64,000 nucleotides of DNA from Candidatus Bathyarchaeota archaeon. GTDB taxonomy: Archaea > Thermoproteota > Bathyarchaeia > Bathyarchaeales > Bathycorpusculaceae. The position numbers were made by a program, and so were the translations under genes. Position 1 is the stretch's first letter. Each line of letters begins with the position of its first letter. This document shows, piece after piece, positions 52,920-62,345 of this stretch. The notes beneath the pieces were generated by a model. It made no database searches. It was not told the origin of the DNA and saw only the letters and a program-made list of their open reading frames with translations. Location of the stretch: assembly GCA_963717465.1 (NCBI GenBank), contig OY970340.1, positions 160,001 through 224,000 of the forward strand, given 5' to 3'.

Positions 52920-54101
52920 TTAATGACCTTTTGCACCTTGATTGCTTTTTGTGGTATTAGCCTTTGCAGCTTTTTGGTCCGAAGTGGAGGTGGCTGTTGC
53001 TTTAATGGCGGGCGCTGAGGTGGCGGGCGCTGAGCTCTTGGTTGGAAAGGTTGTCATTTTTTCATATCCCTTGTGCCTATAGTAAGCTAATGCGACTGTC
53101 CATGAAATAAGAAAAGTTCCGATTATGGTATAGCCTATCACGCCAAAATCAAGATTCTGTAGAAAGCCCCAGAAACCACCTGTCAAGCCCATCTCTGTTG
53201 AAACCACCTGACCAACCTCGATGGCGCCTATAATGAAAGCAACCATTACTGAGATAATGGTGATTGTCAGGTTGTAGAAGATTTTCCGCATCGGCTTAAG
53301 GAACGCCCAGCCATATGCACATCTCATTAATACGCCGTCCGTTGTGTCAATCGTAACCATGCCTGCAGTGAACAGAAGCGGCAACACGAGGTAATACGCC
53401 ATCGGCACATTTGTCACAGCAAGAGAGGTACCGATTGCAAAAAGAGCAACCTGAGTAGCAGTATCAAAACCTAAACCGAAAAGCACACCGATAGGATAAA
53501 TTTGCCAAGGTGCATCAATAAATTTGAATAATCGTTTATAGGCTTTGCCCATCGTACTGTTTTCGTTGATAGATTCATCTATTTTATCCGATGTGACTGT
53601 GCCGTTTTTTAAGCCCTTGAATGTCTTATACACGCCTCGCACAATAATGAGGTTAAGGCCTCCGATGACGAAAAGGAATACGCCACTAATCCAAGTACCG
53701 AGTATATTGCCGCCTGACTGTAGTCCCGGTATAGCCCCTTTGATTACTTCAGTTGCAAAAACTAAGGCTACGAATAATGCCATTACGATGGTTGAATGTC
53801 CCAGAGAAAACCATGTGCCGACCGTTGTGGGTTTTTTACCTTGCTGTAGTAGTTTTCGAGTGGTGTTGTCAATCGCAGCGATGTGGTCAGCGTCAACTGC
53901 GTGCTGCAAACCATACACATATGCTACTAAGCCTAATCCTGCAAGGAGAGCATACTTGAATCCGATAAAGGTTGCAAGAATCAAAAGTACAACTGTTATT
54001 GCAGTTAAGATGACGTAAATAGTGCCTGCTTTAATTTTCTCTCTATTGGTTAAGCCTAATCTATCGCATTTCTCGGTTTCCTGATTTATGCCCATTTTCA
54101 A
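52920..54101 (-). CDS. NiCoT high-affinity nickel/cobalt permease (HoxN/HupN/NixA family)
   Basis: QHAVDADHIAAIDN, FSLGHST, LFGLGFDTA. Confidence 0.95.
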   Translation of the reverse strand: MKMGINQETEKCDRLGLTNREKIKAGTIYVILTAITVVLLILATFIGFKYALLAGLGLVAYVYGLQHAVDADHIAAIDNTTRKLLQQGKKPTTVGTWFSLGHSTIVMALFVALVFATEVIKGAIPGLQSGGNILGTWISGVFLFVIGGLNLIIVRGVYKTFKGLKNGTVTSDKIDESINENSTMGKAYKRLFKFIDAPWQIYPIGVLFGLGFDTATQVALFAIGTSLAVTNVPMAYYLVLPLLFTAGMVTIDTTDGVLMRCAYGWAFLKPMRKIFYNLTITIISVMVAFIIGAIEVGQVVSTEMGLTGGFWGFLQNLDFGVIGYTIIGTFLISWTVALAYYRHKGYEKMTTFPTKSSAPATSAPAIKATATSTSDQKAAKANTTKSNQGAKGH

Positions 54102-54110
54102 AGTCTCTGA

Positions 54111-54138
54111 GTAATACCTTTCTTAGAAATGGTGTTAC
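54111..54138. promoter_or_regulatory. Putative NikR operator
   Basis: GTAATAC-N14-GTGTTAC between the TATA box and the NiCoT start. Confidence 0.7.
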
Positions 54139-54273
54139 CGCAATATAAAAATGTTTAGGCTCAATCCACAATTTTTGAAGGCGTTACTTATTCTACTTGA
54201 TCTTGCTTTAATAACCACTATCAGGAGAAAGTTGGTTCAATTTTGGTCAGCAGATGTTTCTGCACTAAAACTA

Positions 54274-54624
54274 TCAACGGGTTAATTTATCCTCGAGCTT
54301 CTGCAATGCCAAAATCAGGGCACCATAGGACTCAAGCAGATGGCTACCTTCATGCCCAGCTTCGCCTTGCTGTATCATTGCTTTACTGAAGGCTTCTTCA
54401 CACTTTGTTTTAAGCGCTAACGCTTCAGCGATTTCGTTTGCGTCAGGCTTTTCGTTTAATTTTTCAATCAAGGAATACAACGATTTAAACTGGGCAATGC
54501 AAGCACGTACTGCGGTAACGAACGCTTCCTCCTCCTTCAAATAATTATCAAGCCTAACCTCCAGCTTACGCGCTTCTCTAAAGAACTGTTCAGAGGCAAC
54601 ACTTAAAGTGCGTTTGTTCATCAT
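54274..54624 (-). CDS. Helical hypothetical protein
   Basis: Clean ORF; HEGSH motif. Confidence 0.6.
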   Translation of the reverse strand: MMNKRTLSVASEQFFREARKLEVRLDNYLKEEEAFVTAVRACIAQFKSLYSLIEKLNEKPDANEIAEALALKTKCEEAFSKAMIQQGEAGHEGSHLLESYGALILALQKLEDKLTR

Positions 54625-54881
54625 AGTTCACGCTCAGCCTATTATAACACACTTTTAAATAAACGTGCTAATAGTATTTGTCTATTTTTTGGAAATAAAT
54701 TAGATCTTTCTTCGAACAATCAAAAATAAAGTCGCTTATTTAAACCCAGAAAATCTTGCAATTGGTTGCTTTTTTGCTTTCAAATACTGCTCTTCATTGA
54801 AACTTATTAGTACTTGCCTTGTTAAAAAAGCGAATTGGCCACCGCATTCTTTTAATGTTGTTTTCGAGTTTCAGTTGGCTC

Positions 54882-55280
54882 ATGCATGAGTGGGCTTTAG
54901 CAGAAGCAGTCTTAACATCAGCCAGCGAAATTGCTAAGAAAGAAAAATTGAGAAAAGTTACCGTAGTCACCATAAAGATAGGTGAACTTCAACAAGTTGA
55001 ACCTAGCATTTTGAGGATGGCTCTCTTGGAAATGAAACAGCCGCCCTTTAGAGACGCTAAATTCCGCATTTTAAAAGCTAAAACAATGTTAGAGTGCAGG
55101 GTTTGTGGAAACATCTGGCACTTCAACAGCAAAAATTTGGACAAAGAAAAATCCGAAGCCATCCATTTCATTCCAGAAGTTGCGCACACTTATATCAAGT
55201 GCCCGAAATGCGATAGCCCTGACTTTAAAATCGTCGGTGGACGTGGAATATGGCTTGATAGCATAAAAGGAATTAAGTAA
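54882..55280 (+). CDS. hypA: Hydrogenase nickel metallochaperone HypA
   Basis: MHEWALA, IGELQQV, CRVC...CPKC, GRG. Confidence 0.95.
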   Translation: MHEWALAEAVLTSASEIAKKEKLRKVTVVTIKIGELQQVEPSILRMALLEMKQPPFRDAKFRILKAKTMLECRVCGNIWHFNSKNLDKEKSEAIHFIPEVAHTYIKCPKCDSPDFKIVGGRGIWLDSIKGIK

Positions 55281-55281
55281 A

Positions 55282-55360
55282 TGGGGCACTTAACGCAAGC
55301 AGAATTGGCGAGCATTTAAGGGAAATAAGCCGAATTATTGCAGTTAGCAGCAAAGCCGCA
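55282..55360 (+). pseudogene. Relic of an Mrp/NBP35 ATPase N-terminus
   Basis: ASRIGEHLREISRIIAVSSK breaks off at the expected SGKGGVGKS; lies directly after hypA. Confidence 0.55.
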
Positions 55361-55466
55361 AAACACTAGAACCGCTATAAGCTTTCCATTGGATGCTTAG
55401 CAGGCATATTTTTGTTGAATATAAAACTTTAAAGGCTAAATCGTTACAATTACGGATGGAGTAGAA

Positions 55467-55877
55467 ATGACCAAAATTACAAGAGCTGGTGTGACGTTTC
55501 CACCTGATCTTCTCAAAGACTTCGACAAAATTATAGGCAAAATGGGTTACGAGAGCCGTAGCAAAGCCATTCAAGATGCGGTACGACTATTCGTGTCTGA
55601 GAGAAAATGGATTCAGCAAGAGGAAAACACTGAGCAAACCGGTATGATAATAATGGTTTACGACCACGAAACCAGAGGTCTAGAAGAAGAGCTAACAGAA
55701 ATACAGCATCAACACAAGGAGACAGTCACGTCCACCATGCACATTCACATCAGTGAAAGAGACTGCCTTGAAGGAATAGCAGTCAAAGGCAAAGTCTCAG
55801 CAATCCGAAAACTCAGCGATGAACTCGCGACCCGAAGAGGCGTAAAAATTATTAAAACAGTCGTTGCAGCAGAATAA
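55467..55877 (+). CDS. nikR: Nickel-responsive regulator NikR
   Basis: RHH domain GYESRSKAI, YDH, QH, HIH...CLE. Confidence 0.95.
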   Translation: MTKITRAGVTFPPDLLKDFDKIIGKMGYESRSKAIQDAVRLFVSERKWIQQEENTEQTGMIIMVYDHETRGLEEELTEIQHQHKETVTSTMHIHISERDCLEGIAVKGKVSAIRKLSDELATRRGVKIIKTVVAAE

Positions 55878-55931
55878 ACCATTTCTAGGCTCCTCAACAG
55901 GTAAAATAATTGCGAATTAATTGCTTTCGAA

Positions 55932-55959
55932 GTATTACTTTTATTATTAAAGATAACAC
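55932..55959. promoter_or_regulatory. Putative NikR operator
   Basis: GTATTAC-N14-ATAACAC upstream of the larC-like gene. Confidence 0.6.
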
Positions 55960-56100
55960 TTAAATTTAGGTACATGTTTTATTAAATTGTAATAAGGAAC
56001 AGCAATCGGTCGATATTCATCCTTCCGAGCAGTCGCCAAGATTAAACCGGTAGGTTGACTGTTAAAATATAATTGGCCTGCTTGATAAAACGACTTTTTT

Positions 56101-56937
56101 GTGATAAATATGCTTGAACTTGAAAAAATATTTAAAAAAATATTAGTAATTGATTGCCAAACTTCTGGTATTGCGGGAGACATGATTTTAGGAGCATTAA
56201 TAAACCTTGGAGGGAACGTTGACAAAGTTGTCTGTGCGATCAAAACGCTGGAAGAGCCCGAATATGGTTACGGAAACATCAGAATAAAGATTGAAGAGGT
56301 AACTCGAGGCGAGTTTAAAGCAATCAACATCGATGTAACCTCCGAAACTGCCAACAAAACCCAACGCGACGAACTCGTCAACATAGTAGAAGACGTGGCA
56401 ATGCAACTTGATATTTCAGTAAAAGCTAAGCAGTTCGCCTCCAAAGCTATTCACACATTAATCAATGTCGAAGCTGATTTGCACAATACAGGATTTGATG
56501 ATGGCGCTCTGGATGAAGTGGCAATGGTTGATACAGCCGCTGAAATAATCGGAACTGCAGTTGCGCTTGATGATTTAGGCTTATTTGGATCCAAAATTTA
56601 TGCTACACCATTGGCGGTCGGTGGAGGAACGTTCATGATTTCACACGGTATAGTTTCAAGCCCTGCACCTGCAACATTAGCCATACTGCAGTCAAAAAAA
56701 TTTCCATTTCACGGTGGACCAATAGAAGCGGAACTTGCAACGCCGACAGGTGCTTCTATCTTGGTTAACTTGGTTGATGAAGTCAACCGTTTCTATCCGC
56801 TTCTTGTTCCGTTAAAGGTTGGTTACGGAGCTGGAACTAAAAATTTTACTGAATTGCCAGCAGTTTTGAGGCTTACAATGGGACGGACTTTGGATGAAGC
56901 AGTTACTGATGGTATCACTGTTTTGAAAACCCTCTAA
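56101..56937 (+). CDS. LarC-like (DUF111) nickel insertase, N-terminal domain only
   Basis: DCQTSGIAGDMILGAL, SHG..SPAPAT, ELATPTGA, GYGAG. Confidence 0.85.
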   Translation: MINMLELEKIFKKILVIDCQTSGIAGDMILGALINLGGNVDKVVCAIKTLEEPEYGYGNIRIKIEEVTRGEFKAINIDVTSETANKTQRDELVNIVEDVAMQLDISVKAKQFASKAIHTLINVEADLHNTGFDDGALDEVAMVDTAAEIIGTAVALDDLGLFGSKIYATPLAVGGGTFMISHGIVSSPAPATLAILQSKKFPFHGGPIEAELATPTGASILVNLVDEVNRFYPLLVPLKVGYGAGTKNFTELPAVLRLTMGRTLDEAVTDGITVLKTL

Positions 56938-57133
56938 AAAATGATTAATTAGACTAAATGATTCATAGTACGTCGCGCATTCTATATTTTAACGCTGAAT
57001 TCTATATCCGAAGTTCTGGGCATCTCATTTCCAATTATGTTAAAGACAATCGTTAAGTTGGATAGTTAGAGGGGGAATGAAGTACTGAGACGAGGAGTGT
57101 ATACCCCCTAACTACCTATAACTACCTAATATA

Positions 57134-57161
57134 GTGTTACTTTTGTATATAAAAGTATTAC
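57134..57161. promoter_or_regulatory. Putative NikR operator
   Basis: GTGTTAC-TTTTGTATATAAAA-GTATTAC. Confidence 0.65.
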
Positions 57162-57397
57162 TATTTTCTTTGCCGAACCAAAACGGTTCTGCGGAAAGCA
57201 AAATAATCTTTAGCAGCAGGTTTGTTCCTTAATTTGTTCAAAAATGGTTTTAGTCTATAGTTTGCACATCTGTAGGGGCAGTTTCGTGAGTTGCAATTGT
57301 TTCTGCCTTCTTTGCAGAGCCTGTCTTTCTCAAACCTGTACAGATGTTTTAGCCGGCTGAACGGTAAAGGAACGATATCCCGTGTTTGCGGGTCTAA

Positions 57398-57425
57398 GTG
57401 TTACGATTTTGTAAAATAATAATAC
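57398..57425. promoter_or_regulatory. Putative NikR operator
   Basis: GTGTTAC-N14-ATAATAC upstream of the ABC binding-protein gene. Confidence 0.6.
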
Positions 57426-57468
57426 TTAAATAGCGTTAACGCTTTTTAAAAGTGGTAACACGAATCAA

Positions 57469-58563
57469 GTGATATGTATGAATAAAAAAGCTCTTACAAA
57501 AATTCAGGCAGTTGTGCTGCTTGTAGTAATTATTGTTGCAGCAGCCTCAATAGCATTTGTTTTTTATTACAATTCAGAATCATCAAACAATAACTCGAAA
57601 TCATCAAACAATGGCGCGCTGACTATTGTTGATCAGGATGAAAGGACCGTGCAAGTCCCAGCAAATGTGCAGAGGGCTGTTATAATCGATTCCTACTGGG
57701 CAGAAGTCGCCTGCGTGCTCGGCGACCAAAACAAGATAGTGGGCATCGGGACATATGTCCCAGGGTCGCCCTTCATCCCCTCCGCCGTGCAGAACCTGAC
57801 TATCGTTGGAGACCAATTCGGCGGCATCAACATGGAGACAGTGGTAGCACTGAAGCCGGACGTTGTGATAATGGACATCGGTTTTGGGTCCGCTGACCAG
57901 GAAGTGAGTACGCTGGAAAATCTGGGCATCTCCGTGATCACCCTCAACCCAGCGATCTACAGGGATGAGATGGGCGCAATAAAGATCATCGGCGAGGCAC
58001 TTGACTCGAACAATCAGGCAAATAAGCTGATAGATTATATGCAGAGCGGCTTGACAAATATAACCCTAACAACAATCCAGATACCGGACTCTTCCATGCC
58101 GTCGGTGCTCATAGGCTCTTACAACCCAGAATATTATGGCACCTCGTTCTCCGCAGACTCCGACAGCGAGTGGGGGACTGCCGTGAATCTGGTTGGAGGG
58201 AACAACACAGCCTACGTCTATGCTCCGACCCAGGAATATCCCATGATCAATGCGGAGACGGTCCTTGGTTGGAACGATAGCATAGTTATCATCACCGACT
58301 ACAGCAGCACGAGCGTCGCCTCCGATGTTGCTGCCTTTGAACAGCAATATCCGACGCTGGCGGCCGTTGAGAACCATCAAGTCTATGGTGTGATAGTCGG
58401 TGGCGAGCAGCAAGGGGCTTATCTGGATGACGGCCCCCGTGCCCTTCTTGGTCTTGACGAGCTTGCCACGATAATCCAGCCCACGTACTTCAACAACATA
58501 AACATAACGAGCGCGGCAGACCAGCTATTCTCCCAGTTCTACCCATATGCCATAGGAAGTTAG
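57469..58563 (+). CDS. BtuF/FhuD-type ABC substrate-binding protein
   Basis: TM anchor, IVDQDERTV, NMETVVALKPDVVI, GPR.LLG. Confidence 0.9.
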   Translation: MICMNKKALTKIQAVVLLVVIIVAAASIAFVFYYNSESSNNNSKSSNNGALTIVDQDERTVQVPANVQRAVIIDSYWAEVACVLGDQNKIVGIGTYVPGSPFIPSAVQNLTIVGDQFGGINMETVVALKPDVVIMDIGFGSADQEVSTLENLGISVITLNPAIYRDEMGAIKIIGEALDSNNQANKLIDYMQSGLTNITLTTIQIPDSSMPSVLIGSYNPEYYGTSFSADSDSEWGTAVNLVGGNNTAYVYAPTQEYPMINAETVLGWNDSIVIITDYSSTSVASDVAAFEQQYPTLAAVENHQVYGVIVGGEQQGAYLDDGPRALLGLDELATIIQPTYFNNINITSAADQLFSQFYPYAIGS

Positions 58564-58701
58564 TGCTAGTATAAGCTAGCTGACTACAATAATTCAGCCG
58601 CAATATTTCAATATAAGCGTGCAGAACGGCCGACCAGCTGTTCGCTCAATTCTACCAGTTTAATAGCACAAATTAGAGTTAAAAAAAGAAAAGGAAAAAA
58701 G

Positions 58702-59739
58702 ATGAAGTCAACTCAAGGCAGGCTGCGATGGAACATACTTGCAATCTTGCTTTTGCCCATTCCAGTATTTGTATTGTCTATGTTCATAGGCACATACTAT
58801 CTCCCTCCCGGAGTTGTGCTGCAGGTAATTTTTGACAGGATTGTTACGCCTTTCTCATCGTCTGCCTCCTCGCCTTCGGTCTATGGAACCATAATTTTTG
58901 ATATCAGGCTTCCAAGGATAATTCTGGCGTTGATGGGTGGCATCGTACTCGCGACTACGGGGTCATCGCTGCAAGGGGTCTTCAAGAATCCGCTGGTGGA
59001 CTCGTACATATTGGGCATTGCAGCGGGGGCAGGCTTCGGGGCAGCCATTGCAATAGCCTTTCTGCCCAGCGTGCTGGCAATGAGCCAGATACTTGCCTTC
59101 GCCTTCGGGATACTTGCTTTCCTTTTGACTTTTTTTGCTGCCCGAACTAGGGGGAAACACCCACTGTGTCACTTGTGCTGGGTGGAATAATTGTTACAGC
59201 ACTCTTCTCCGCGGGTATCTCGCTGATCGAATTCCTTACCAACCCTGACCAGCTTGCAGGGGTAGTTCTACTGGCTTATGGGAAGTCTGTCCTCGGCGAG
59301 CTGGAACGGGGTTCTCGAAATACTGCCCGTTACCATTGCTGGGTTTATAATCATTTTTCTGATGCGTTGGCGGCTGAATGTCATCTCCATGGGCGAGGAG
59401 GAGGCAAAATCACTGGGAGTGAACATAGGGAGGGACCGGCTTATTGTATTGGCGGCGTCAACTTTAATGGTCTCAGCCATTGTCTCCGTCACCGGCATTA
59501 TCGGATGGATAGGGCTGGTCGTGCCCCACATCGTGCGGATGCTCGCAAGGACCCCTGACAACAGGGTAATCATACCACTCTCGGCTGCGCTGGGGGCGGT
59601 CTTTTTAATCATAGCCGACGATCTGGCGCGGTCTCTCTTCGTTTTTGAGCTTCCAGTAGGCCTCCTAACCACGGTTATAGGTGCCCCCTTCTTCCTATAC
59701 TTGCTGAAAAGGCGAGGCGGAGCGGTGTGGAGGCAGTGA
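58702..59739 (+). CDS. FecCD/BtuC-type ABC permease (two 1-nt frameshifts, ~59158 and ~59268)
   Basis: IRLPRI, QGVFKNPLVD, GEEEAKSLG, IGWIGLVVPH, ELPVG..GAPFF. Confidence 0.88.
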
Positions 59740-59740
59740 T

Positions 59741-60514
59741 ATGGCTGAGGTAATTTCTGTTAGCGGTCTCCGCTTCTCCTATGGGCTCGGCTTTGAGTTG
59801 CGGGACATCTCGCTCACCGTGGGGCGGGGGAATGTAACCACGTTGCTTGGGCCGAATGGCTGCGGCAAGACTACCCTTCTGAAGTGCATGAATGCATTGC
59901 TGATGCCCGAAGAGGGAATGGTCAAGATAAACGGCAAGGATGTCTTCAGAATAGGCAGGGGCGAACTTGCCCGCCTGGCTGGTTTCGTGCCACAGTCACA
60001 TACCCCATCCTTTCCGTATTCGGTCGGGGATGTCGTGCTCATGGGCAGGGTATCCTGCATGAGCATATTCCAGCAGCCCTCCTGTTTGGACTATGCAAAA
60101 GCGGGGAATGCCATAGAGGCGGTTGGTCTATCTGCTCTTAAGGACCGCTCCTATACCCAGATAAGCGGTGGGGAGCGGCAGCTCTCACTTATTGCAAGGG
60201 CTATAGCCCAGGAGCCGGCCGCGTTGCTGCTCGATGAGCCGACCGCCCACCTTGACTTCAAAAACCAATTCACGGTACTGCAGATGGTTAGAAAGGTCGC
60301 AAGAGAGAGGGGAATGGCTATCGTGATGAGTTTGCATGATCCAAACCAGGCCATGCTTTTCTCGGACACCATAGCCCTCATATCCTCTGGAAGGATGGTG
60401 TCTATTGGAAAGCCCGAAGAGGTAATCTGTTCCGAGAGCATCAAGCAGCTTTACGAGATTGACACTGAAATTATTGTCCACAACGGCAGAAAGCTTGTAA
60501 TGCCTTTGATTTGA
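59741..60514 (+). CDS. ABC ATPase (FecE/BtuD type)
   Basis: GPNGCGKT, ISGGERQ, LLDEPT, LHD. Confidence 0.93.
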   Translation: MAEVISVSGLRFSYGLGFELRDISLTVGRGNVTTLLGPNGCGKTTLLKCMNALLMPEEGMVKINGKDVFRIGRGELARLAGFVPQSHTPSFPYSVGDVVLMGRVSCMSIFQQPSCLDYAKAGNAIEAVGLSALKDRSYTQISGGERQLSLIARAIAQEPAALLLDEPTAHLDFKNQFTVLQMVRKVARERGMAIVMSLHDPNQAMLFSDTIALISSGRMVSIGKPEEVICSESIKQLYEIDTEIIVHNGRKLVMPLI

Positions 60515-60724
60515 TCTGGTGAAAGTTTGCTTTCCAGTCTGGTCTTGGACATTTTTGAATATTTTCAATCTAACAAAAGTTACTAGCCAATATGCAAGCG
60601 TAAATTTTCTGTCGGGATCTTGTGGTCGTTCCCTTTTTTCACAGTCGGTTTCTTGCTGCCCGAATGGAGAAACAAGTTTGCTCCACATTCTTATGCACAA
60701 ATAGCTAGCTGTAGCCAGTCATCT

Positions 60725-61468
60725 CTATGCAATTACCCTTACAATGAATCGGTCGTCTCTGGCAGCCAAGTCCAATGCCTCTTGGCTAGTAAGATTCGAG
60801 ATGGCGACATCGCTTAGATGCTTTCGGCAAGCCTCGGCTGCGGCGGCCATCTGTTCATCCGTCGGACGTTTATATGGCTGTCCGGGCACTGGTATGTACC
60901 CCATAATGTGCAAGGGAATTTTGCTATCTAGCATGGCCAACCATGCCGCAATTGCCTCGATTTGGTCCACATCTACAAAGCCAGGGATAAATACCACATT
61001 AGCCTTCATCTTCAGCCCTGCACGAAAGGCAGCCTCGAAGTTGCGAAAAATCATGCTCTTTGGCTTTCCAGTATATCGCAGATGAACCTTTTCATCCCAA
61101 GCTTTTATGCCGACATTGGCGCCGTCTAAATTCGGCAGAGGTAAGCGGCTCCCATTTGTGTGCCCCAGATACGTTCTGGCTCCCAGAGTGTTTTTGATGA
61201 AATCGAGCATTTCAGGTAGTTCCTTTGATACAGTAGGTTCACCACCCATGAAGTAAACCTTATCCAAGGGTACTGAGAGGAGAGTTTGTTTCATCTGGTG
61301 AACGGTCAGGAACCTCTCAGGTCGGGGAAAGGAAAGACCTGACGGACCAGCTGCTCCGCTTCGTAACTTATAGCTACATACTTCACAGTGGAAGGTGCAA
61401 CCGTAATTGTGCAGCGTAGCGAAGCGGTATTTGTCATTGTAGGTAATCTTAGAGAAGGCCATATTCAT
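60725..61468 (-). CDS. Radical SAM protein (PFL-activase-like)
   Basis: GCTFHCEVC, MGGEPT, HTNGS. Confidence 0.88.
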   Translation of the reverse strand: MNMAFSKITYNDKYRFATLHNYGCTFHCEVCSYKLRSGAAGPSGLSFPRPERFLTVHQMKQTLLSVPLDKVYFMGGEPTVSKELPEMLDFIKNTLGARTYLGHTNGSRLPLPNLDGANVGIKAWDEKVHLRYTGKPKSMIFRNFEAAFRAGLKMKANVVFIPGFVDVDQIEAIAAWLAMLDSKIPLHIMGYIPVPGQPYKRPTDEQMAAAAEACRKHLSDVAISNLTSQEALDLAARDDRFIVRVIA

Positions 61469-61526
61469 TCACAACCGTCATGGGCCGACCAACTTGATGT
61501 GCTCATCGGAGTCACTCGCTCAAAAG

Positions 61527-61554
61527 GTGACATTATATTAACATTTCGTGTTAC
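61527..61554. promoter_or_regulatory. Putative NikR operator
   Basis: GTGACAT-N14-GTGTTAC upstream of the radical SAM gene. Confidence 0.55.
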
Positions 61555-61814
61555 TTCTTACATATATAGATATGTCATACCAAACCCTATTTTGCATCCT
61601 CAATTAGGTGATAGTGCATCCAGCCGAGTACGGAAGAAGCGGGTAAGGCAAGTTGAGAAAGGCTTAAACAATCTTGGCACGGTGCTAACTAAAGTTTGGT
61701 GTCCAGTGGTACAATTGCTTAAAAGCAGAAACCGATCAAATAAGGAATAGGTAATTTGATGGTTAATGGTAAAGTTTGCAAAAAGTAAAGTTTGTCTTAG
61801 AAAAAGTGGTTTTT

Positions 61815-62345
61815 ATGGCGAAAGATACTCTTGAAAGGCGCTTGTTTTGGTTGAAGCTTGAAGGGGATGGCTTTAACAAGAGGGAGATTATTAAGGAAGT
61901 GTGTGCCAAGTTTGGGTGTTCTAAGGTTACTGCCTACAATGATTTTAATACGCGATCTGCTTGGCAGCCTTTGCTACAGGAGTTCGCTGAGGCGTTATCT
62001 AGGGCTAAGAATTGTCATGCGCAGTTGTACCGTAAAGCCAGCTTTTTGTATGCTCAAGCTAAGAATGATCGGGAGCGTTTGGTTGCTTTGAATCTTATGC
62101 GTCAGATTAATATGGATCTTGCTGAGCTTAGCGGTGCTAAACCCTCTGAGCAAAAATCAACTGAGGAAATTCATATAGTATGGGAGGACCCTGAAGAATG
62201 CAAAAAACAGTATCAACAAAACTGCGAATCAGATACAAGCCCCATCCAGGACAGCGCCAATTCCACTTCTATCCCGCCCGTTTCCGAATCCTCAACTGTG
62301 GGAGACGGTGGGGTAAAACCGTCTGCGGCGCCAACGAATTCATAA
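61815..62345 (+). CDS. Putative terminase small subunit (N-terminal HTH)
   Basis: HTH-like AKFGCSKVTAYNDF, helical middle, IHIVW; immediately upstream of and overlapping terL. Confidence 0.6.
   Translation: MAKDTLERRLFWLKLEGDGFNKREIIKEVCAKFGCSKVTAYNDFNTRSAWQPLLQEFAEALSRAKNCHAQLYRKASFLYAQAKNDRERLVALNLMRQINMDLAELSGAKPSEQKSTEEIHIVWEDPEECKKQYQQNCESDTSPIQDSANSTSIPPVSESSTVGDGGVKPSAAPTNS

Noticed and set aside
53007..53034. 15-bp duplication in the NiCoT 3' end
   Set aside because: Low-complexity tail (SAPAT/SAPAI).
61465..61533. 22-aa ORF (MSPFERVTPMSTSSWSAHDGCE) overlapping the radical SAM start as a RiPP precursor
   Set aside because: The enzyme is PFL-activase-like with no SPASM or RRE domain, and the ORF start lies within the putative operator. 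More likely chance or a remnant.
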